DNA from: Gammaproteobacteria bacterium
GTDB lineage: Bacteria > Pseudomonadota > Gammaproteobacteria > Eutrophobiales > Eutrophobiaceae
Direction: 5' to 3'
Assembly: GCA_003250975.1 (NCBI GenBank)
Contig: QKIY01000016.1
Span: 84-64,083 of the forward strand
DNA length: 64,000 nt
Each line of letters starts with the position of its first letter. The first letter of the stretch is position 1. Shown piece after piece: positions 58,432-64,000 of the stretch. The notes under the pieces are model-generated. The model saw only the letters and a list, made by a program, of their open reading frames with translations, was not told the DNA's origin and made no database searches. A program made the translations under genes and the position numbers.

Positions 58432-58962
58432 ATGGTTGATGCGGCAATAAAATTCAGAAAGAAAAAACCTGCATGGGTTTCTGTAATCATTAGTGTGTTG
58501 ATTACAGCGGCGTTTGTTATCGCGATCCTTGAATACAGTGTTATTCAAAATCATGTCTATGCTGAAACATTTGTAGCTAACGTTGTGAAAGTCAGGGACG
58601 GTGACACGATCGATGTGTGGCTCGAGGGTGAGACATTAATCATCAGGTTATATGGCATAGATGCCCCGGAGTGGCGGCAACCATACAGCCGTGCGGCGAC
58701 CCGGTACCTTAAACAAATTCTTTGTAACCCGGTCACCATAGAGGCAAAAACAACAGATCAATATGGCCGGATGGTGGCGGTATTGAGTTGTAATGGCATT
58801 GATATCAATGCGCAGATGGTCGAGGGAGGTTACGCCTGGGCTTACAAGCATTATTCGAATGACTATGTGCCCGAGGAAAATGCGGCCAGGCAGGCCGGCA
58901 AAGGCTTATGGCAGGAAACCGACCCCGAGGCGCCCTGGCATTACAGGCATAAAAGAGATTAA
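58432..58962 (+). CDS. Membrane-anchored thermonuclease (SNase family)
   Basis: N-terminal TM, VRDGDTI, IRLYGIDAPE..QPY, DQYGRMV, GYAWAY, KGLW. Confidence 0.9.
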   Translation: MVDAAIKFRKKKPAWVSVIISVLITAAFVIAILEYSVIQNHVYAETFVANVVKVRDGDTIDVWLEGETLIIRLYGIDAPEWRQPYSRAATRYLKQILCNPVTIEAKTTDQYGRMVAVLSCNGIDINAQMVEGGYAWAYKHYSNDYVPEENAARQAGKGLWQETDPEAPWHYRHKRD

Positions 58963-59031
58963 GAGAAAAAGTAAGACTGCTTTAATGAGAATAATGAGGA
59001 GAATAATCAGCGATATAAGGCCAGCCGCGCG

Positions 59032-59068
59032 AAAAAACACCCGGCCGGGGCATATTTCAGGCCCGGGT
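59032..59068 (-). terminator. Probable intrinsic terminator overlapping the stop of the 58-aa ORF
   Basis: Minus strand ACCCGGGCC...GGCCGGGT followed by GTTTTTT. Confidence 0.5.
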
Positions 59069-59233
59069 CCTGATGAATTCCATTAACTCGATGGGTTCAC
59101 CCGGGCAATCATAATCACGGCTAACGATCAGGCCGTCTTCGTTTCTGATATGATAAACAGGCTTGTCTCCTTCTCCGACAGTTTCGGTAATCACATAGCC
59201 CATAACCCGGCATAATTCAGTGTAAGGTTCCAT
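59057..59233 (-). CDS. Unannotated 58-aa small protein
   Basis: GGAGG SD 6 nt before ATG 59233; MEPYTELCRVMGYVITETVGEGDKPVYHIRNEDGLIVSRDYDCPGEPIELMEFIRTRA; hairpin plus T-run at the stop. Below the track's length cut-off. Confidence 0.68.
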   Translation of the reverse strand: MEPYTELCRVMGYVITETVGEGDKPVYHIRNEDGLIVSRDYDCPGEPIELMEFIRTRA

Positions 59234-59478
59234 CTATTTCCTCCCTTGGTTTCGCTTAATTTACATCAAAACCCGTGTCCGTTTCGTCCACCATTCAGGG
59301 GAAAATAATAATTAATTTGCATCCCAACGAGGTAATACCGAGGTATTAATAATGGTAAAAAAAAGTGCAGTTGTTATAAGTAATTGAATTTATTTCGCAG
59401 GGATAATATTGGCATGCACAGTAACAGCGCAGTGGGAAAAACTCCTGTTATTTAATTTCAGTAATGTTAAATACAGTT

Positions 59479-60366
59479 TTAATCAGGTGAATGCGATTTG
59501 ATAAAACTGGCCAATATATCAGCGGTTTCTTCGGGGAAGACATCCACAAAAAAGTGCCCGCCGGGGAGAGTGGCGACTTCCATGTTGGCTAGACGCGATT
59601 GCCACGTGGTAGGTATGTCATAGCATTGTGCCATGATGCCCTTGCTGCCATAGAGAACCAGAGCTGGACAATCTATTTTCTGCTGCAGGCTGGCCTTGTC
59701 ATGTTCAAGATCAATCGTTGCCGCAGCACGATAGTCGGCACAGGAACCGTGGATCATCTCTGGATTGCGCCAGCAGCGCCGGTAATCAGCGAGTTGTTCC
59801 CTGTCAAAATCATCGATGCTTGTTGCGCCCCAGCCAAACAGGCAGGTCTCGTAAAAGAAATCCGGATCCAGTGCAATCATGTGTTCGGGAAACGGCTCGG
59901 GCTGGGATAGAAAATACCAATGCCAGTAGGCCCCTGCGACATATCGGTTTGTTTCGGTGAACACGGTATACGTCGGGACTATATCCATTACCGTCAGCGA
60001 TTTAAGGCTCGCGGGGAAATCCATCCCTAGCCGATGCGCAGCACGTCCGCCGCGGTCATGACCCGCCAGGTGGAATGATTCAAAGCCCAGGGTATTCATA
60101 AGCTGCACGTAGTCATTGGCCATCGTTCGGAACGAATAATTGGAATTGTCGGGCAGACAGCGTGGTTTGCTGCTGTCGCCGTAACCGCGCAGGTCGGCAC
60201 AGACTACGGTAAAATTTTCAGTTAACCGGGGTGCCACCCGCGACCACATGGCGAGGTTCTGGGGGAAACCATGCAGCAACAGGAGCGGTGGGCCATTGCC
60301 TGCCACCACGCAATGGATAGATACATCATCAATTTTGATGTGATGCCGTACGAAGCCTTCAAACAT
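59479..60366 (-). CDS. Fluoroacetate/haloacetate dehalogenase (alpha/beta hydrolase)
   Basis: D104-R105-G-G-R108, D128, Y147-W-H149-W150, Y212, H271, counted from the translation; this matches the catalytic set of the Burkholderia FA1 / DehH1-type enzymes. Confidence 0.88.
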   Translation of the reverse strand: MFEGFVRHHIKIDDVSIHCVVAGNGPPLLLLHGFPQNLAMWSRVAPRLTENFTVVCADLRGYGDSSKPRCLPDNSNYSFRTMANDYVQLMNTLGFESFHLAGHDRGGRAAHRLGMDFPASLKSLTVMDIVPTYTVFTETNRYVAGAYWHWYFLSQPEPFPEHMIALDPDFFYETCLFGWGATSIDDFDREQLADYRRCWRNPEMIHGSCADYRAAATIDLEHDKASLQQKIDCPALVLYGSKGIMAQCYDIPTTWQSRLANMEVATLPGGHFFVDVFPEETADILASFIKSHSPD

Positions 60367-60465
60367 AATGATGTGTCCCCCGGTGGCGTGCAGAACTGTT
60401 TCGCCGCATAATTCAGTCCATGATTTGCCGCATCGAGATATGGTAACAGGAAAGGCAAAAGTAAT

Positions 60466-61113
60466 ATGAAACAGATCCTCGTTTACGCCGACAGCCTGAG
60501 TTGGGGCATTATCCCGGATACCCGCAATCGCCTTGAGTTTAAAAAGCGATGGCCGGGCGTACTGGAAACCCGCCTGAATGAAAACGGTAATACCGCGCGT
60601 GTGATCGAAAACTGCCTCAACGGCCGCAGGACAGTCTGGGAAGATCCGTTCAAGCCTGGACGTGACGGTTCACAGGGCCTGGCCCAGGTGATCGAAATGC
60701 ACTCACCGCTCGCACTGGTGATCCTGATGCTGGGCGTCAACGATTTCCAACGCGTGCATGATTACAATGCCTGGGCCTCGGCGCAGGGGATGGCAAAGCT
60801 GATCGATATTATCCGCAAGGCACCGATTGAACCCGGCATGCCGGTGCCGGATATACTTGTGGTTTCACCACCGAAAATCACGCAGCCTAAGAGCAGCATG
60901 ACGGAAAAATTTGATGGCGCCGAAAAACGCAGCATTGGCTTGGCTGATGAATTAAAAAAAGTGGCGAAAGAAAACGAGGTGTATTTCTTCGATGCGGCGA
61001 CTGTCATCGAAGCAAGTGCAATAGATGGTATTCACCTCGATGAGGAACAACATGCTGAGTTGGGTCAGGCCATAAGCCGAAAGGTAATGGATATCTGGCG
61101 TAATCTTAAATAA
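60466..61113 (+). CDS. SGNH/GDSL hydrolase (arylesterase-like)
   Basis: [26 protein letters not shown]. Confidence 0.88.
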   Translation: MKQILVYADSLSWGIIPDTRNRLEFKKRWPGVLETRLNENGNTARVIENCLNGRRTVWEDPFKPGRDGSQGLAQVIEMHSPLALVILMLGVNDFQRVHDYNAWASAQGMAKLIDIIRKAPIEPGMPVPDILVVSPPKITQPKSSMTEKFDGAEKRSIGLADELKKVAKENEVYFFDAATVIEASAIDGIHLDEEQHAELGQAISRKVMDIWRNLK

Positions 61114-61308
61114 ACAAATCCCCCCAAGAATTAGCTATTTTGCTTTTCAACCTCTGAATAAAACAATATCTTCCATTGGTTTGATTTGCATCAGTATTAT
61201 TTTGTTTATTTGTCTGCTTACACCTGTGGTGGTGTCTATATTTAATGTGCGTAATCTGTTCTTTTTTATTCAAAAGGAGAATGTTTAGTAATTAAAAGGA
61301 GGTGCAAA

Positions 61309-61956
61309 ATGAAAAGACAGCTTTCATTGATAGTATTCTCCTTCATCCTGCTCTGTGCGCAAGTCCACGCCCGTGATACGCGCTTTGAATTACAAGCCGG
61401 TGCCTCTTTCGGTGATACGGAGATCGACGCTATAGGTTTCTCGCAAGACCTGGATACAGATACCGGACTGATCTTTGGTGCCGGCTTCTGGTGGGATGCT
61501 AAACCAGCTATCTCACTGGGTCTGCAGTATAACTACATCACAGGTGTAGATTTCGAAGAATCCGGTAATTTCCTTGGTACAAGTGCCAGTGTCAGCCTTG
61601 AAAACGATATACACTTGTTCATGGTCAATGCCGTAATCCGCGATAATACCGGCAGAGCCATGGGACCTTTTCGGTTTCATCCCTATGTCGGCGGAGGAAT
61701 AGGCGGAGCATATGTTGATTCCGAAATCACCGCCTCCGTTGTAATCAGTGGTACCACGATTTCAGGCTCCGATCAGGACGATGACTTCGTAGTCGCTGGG
61801 CAAGCGATGGGTGGTTTTGATATGGATATTACAGACAGGGCCTACATCGGTTTTAATGGCTCCTATCTAGTTAACATTAACGATGCTGACCTGTTCGGCG
61901 CGAGAGTGAGCTTTGATGGTTTCCGCGCCATGGGCATCTTCGGCTACAAGTTCTAG
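61309..61956 (+). CDS. Small outer-membrane beta-barrel protein (OmpA/Opa/OmpW-like)
   Basis: Signal peptide, HPYVGGGIG, alternating strands, C-terminal GYKF. Confidence 0.82.
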   Translation: MKRQLSLIVFSFILLCAQVHARDTRFELQAGASFGDTEIDAIGFSQDLDTDTGLIFGAGFWWDAKPAISLGLQYNYITGVDFEESGNFLGTSASVSLENDIHLFMVNAVIRDNTGRAMGPFRFHPYVGGGIGGAYVDSEITASVVISGTTISGSDQDDDFVVAGQAMGGFDMDITDRAYIGFNGSYLVNINDADLFGARVSFDGFRAMGIFGYKF

Positions 61957-61976
61957 GTAATCCTGTCTGTTACATC

Positions 61977-62004
61977 AAAAAGCGATGTTTATCATCGCTT
62001 TTTT
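61977..62004. terminator. Bidirectional intrinsic terminator
   Basis: AAAAAGCGATG-tttat-CATCGCTTTTT between convergent genes. Confidence 0.8.
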
Positions 62005-62022
62005 ATTAACTTAAGGGATTGA

Positions 62023-63165
62023 TCAGCCCGTATATGTAATGCGATAGATCACGCCCAGGTAATCATCAGATACCAGCAGGGATCCGTCCGGCAGTTGCAG
62101 GATATCGACCGGCCGGCCCCACCAGGTCTCTTCGTTCTGCAGCCAGCCCTCGGCAAAGACTGTGTGGCCACTCACCTCACCCTTATCGTCGAAATTAACA
62201 TGTACCAGGCGGTAACCTACCGGCGTACTGCGGTTCCAGGAACCATGCTGGGCGACGAAGGCCGTGTTCTTATAGGAATCGGGAAACATGTTGCCGGTGT
62301 AAAACTCGACACCAAGTGCCGCGACATGGGCCTGGAATTCAATAACAGGAAAGGTCACTTCCTGCGGTAGTTTCTTGGACATCCAGCGCCGGTGCTGGAC
62401 GTGACCGCCGGCGTAATACGGGAAACCGAAATGCATCCCGGCCTTGGGTGCCGCGTTCAGTTCACCCGGCGGGATGTCATCGCCCATCAAGTCGGTGTTG
62501 TTGTCGGTAAAGTACAGCGCACCGGTGACGGGGTGGAACGCCAGCCCGACAGAATTCCGGTGGCCCCGTGCAAAAATTTTCACCTCACTGCCATTCGGGT
62601 TCATCTGCAGGATAGTGCCCTCTGGTTCGGGGAAGTCACAGATATTACAGGCCACGCCTACAGCTACGTACAACTTGCCGTCAGGGCCGAACTCGATATA
62701 ACGCCAGCCGTGGTGGGCCTTGTCCGGCAGGCGGTTATGGATTACCTCGCCCAGCTTTGCCAGCGGCAGGCCCGGTTTGCTGTGCGTGGGATAACGCACG
62801 ATGCGGTGCTGTTCGGCTACGTACAGCTTTCCCTGGTGCAGGGCGATGCCATTGGGTGAGTTCAGGCCATCAAGGATCGTTTCCACCTTGTCGGCCTTGT
62901 AGTCCTTGTCATCGTCAATCACGGCATAGACTTGCCGCTCGCGGGTGCTGACATACAGCGTGCTGCTGGTTGGGTCGTAGGCCATGGAGCGGGCACCGCG
63001 GACATTGTCTGCATAGATATCGATGGAAAAACCCTGGGGCAGGGTAAGCAACCTCAGATTATTGCCAATATCCCGGGCATGGGTAGCGGGGGCCACCGTC
63101 AGCAGCAGCGCCGTCAGGATAGTGCAGGGATGAGTAATCAGGGATTTTCTGGTAACTGCTTTCAT
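62023..63165 (-). CDS. PQQ-dependent sugar/sorbosone dehydrogenase family beta-propeller
   Basis: HHGWRYIEFGPDGKLYV, GHRNSVG, FTDN, QHGSWNR, GRPVDI..LPDGSLLVSDD. Confidence 0.9.
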   Translation of the reverse strand: MKAVTRKSLITHPCTILTALLLTVAPATHARDIGNNLRLLTLPQGFSIDIYADNVRGARSMAYDPTSSTLYVSTRERQVYAVIDDDKDYKADKVETILDGLNSPNGIALHQGKLYVAEQHRIVRYPTHSKPGLPLAKLGEVIHNRLPDKAHHGWRYIEFGPDGKLYVAVGVACNICDFPEPEGTILQMNPNGSEVKIFARGHRNSVGLAFHPVTGALYFTDNNTDLMGDDIPPGELNAAPKAGMHFGFPYYAGGHVQHRRWMSKKLPQEVTFPVIEFQAHVAALGVEFYTGNMFPDSYKNTAFVAQHGSWNRSTPVGYRLVHVNFDDKGEVSGHTVFAEGWLQNEETWWGRPVDILQLPDGSLLVSDDYLGVIYRITYTG

Positions 63166-63338
63166 CGAGTGCTCCTTGGTCTTCTAATTAATGTTATTAA
63201 TGACTGACCGCTCATAGGGCCGCTTCGTTCCACCGGCATTATCTCTCCCGTCGCATTAAAGCTGTTATACCCCTTTTTTTTCAGTAAGATGCTGTGAGTA
63301 AGACTGAAAACAGACGGCGGTACAGGGAAACAACGCGA

Positions 63339-64000
63339 GTGAAACCCCTCATCTCTTTTATCCTGGGCAGCGTAGTTGGCACCATCATACTGGCCACCCT
63401 GCTGCACCTCAATTACCAGCTCCCGCAACCCGTGGCGAGCCTGCCCGACGGCGCGATCTACGATGGCGATATGGCCGACGGCATCCTGCATGGGACAGGC
63501 CGCATGCGCTGGCCCAATGGCGATACCTATTACGGCGAATTTCGCAACGGCCAGTTCCATGGCATGGGCCGCTTCGAACGGGCCAACGGTTTTGTCTACG
63601 AGGGCGAGTTTACCAAGGGCGATTTTACCGGCACCGGCACCATGCACTGGTCCGGGGACCGATACTACACCGGCGAGATCAAGGCGGGCCGCCTGCACGG
63701 CAAAGGTGTGCTGGTCAACGAGGATACACATTACGAGGGTGAATTTGCCGACGACAAGTACCATGGCACCGGCACGCTCTCCCTGCCCAATGGCGATGAA
63801 TACAGTGGCGAATTCGTAAGGGGCCTGTTCCAGGGTGAGGGGGTGTACATCACAGCGGACAAGCGCCGGTACGAGGGGGAATTCTCTGAGAACACCTTTA
63901 CCGGCCAGGGTAAATTCTCGGACGAAGGCGGCAGGCATTACGAAGGCGGCTTCAAGGACTGGTTATTCCACGGCGAGGGCAGGCTGACCGAGGAAGACGG
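63339..64000 (+). CDS. MORN-repeat membrane-anchored protein (3' truncated by the window edge)
   Basis: Missing from the track. GTG 63339 after AGGGAAA; N-terminal TM, then LPDGAIYDGDMADGILHGTG, WPNGDTYYGEFRNGQFHGMG, NGFVYEGEF..GDFTGTG and further YxGxF..G..HGxG repeats to the edge. Confidence 0.88.
   Translation, partial: MKPLISFILGSVVGTIILATLLHLNYQLPQPVASLPDGAIYDGDMADGILHGTGRMRWPNGDTYYGEFRNGQFHGMGRFERANGFVYEGEFTKGDFTGTGTMHWSGDRYYTGEIKAGRLHGKGVLVNEDTHYEGEFADDKYHGTGTLSLPNGDEYSGEFVRGLFQGEGVYITADKRRYEGEFSENTFTGQGKFSDEGGRHYEGGFKDWLFHGEGRLTEED

Noticed and set aside
58906-59040. 44-aa very hydrophobic GTG ORF (MFFRAAGLISLIILLIILIKAVLLFLLISF...) antisense to the nuclease 3' end, suggestive of a type I toxin
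   Set aside because: No SD, its start lies inside the predicted terminator of the 58-aa gene, and the hydrophobicity comes from a short AATGAG/GAGAAT low-complexity repeat. Revisit only if conserved.
63162-63938. 258-aa minus-strand and 147-aa plus-strand ORFs at the right end
   Set aside because: They are the antisense and off-frame shadows of the MORN-repeat gene, which is open at the window edge.

Overview
A 64-kb chromosomal segment of a gammaproteobacterium, judged from the conserved strings birA-coaX-SPOR-tRNA, gmk-rpoZ-spoT-ridA-recG-ubiC-ubiA, yicC/rph-rdgB-hemW, cysB and oxyR. Positions 1-12.6 kb form an accessory surface/secretion region. An AT-rich GT41 (SPINDLY/OGT-like) glycosyltransferase and sulfotransferase pair diverges from a subtilase with Ig-like domains and a type I secretion operon. 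That operon is atypical: an ExeA-like AAA ATPase fused to four 42-aa TPRs sits between the ABC transporter and the membrane fusion protein. The membrane fusion protein carries an extra ~85-aa cytoplasmic N-terminus resembling the leader of exopolysaccharide tyrosine kinases. A convergent SapC gene and an almost passenger-less autotransporter follow; no TolC or T1SS cargo gene is in the window. This is the best candidate for an undescribed system. The rest holds a zinc-peptidase/Ddl-like ATP-grasp pair, sulfur genes (cysB, TauE, a cysH with an apparent +1 frameshift and a CxxC partner), two FHA proteins and a peptidoglycan-remodelling module. It also has an orphan Rieske oxygenase behind an FNR/CRP-type promoter, an OxyR-Dps-Prx5/Grx-NnrS stress cluster, a fluoroacetate dehalogenase with a full active-site match, an unannotated 58-aa ORF and a truncated MORN-repeat gene. 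No CRISPR array, transposase or integrase was seen. All calls come from reading motifs by eye; no database searches were run.
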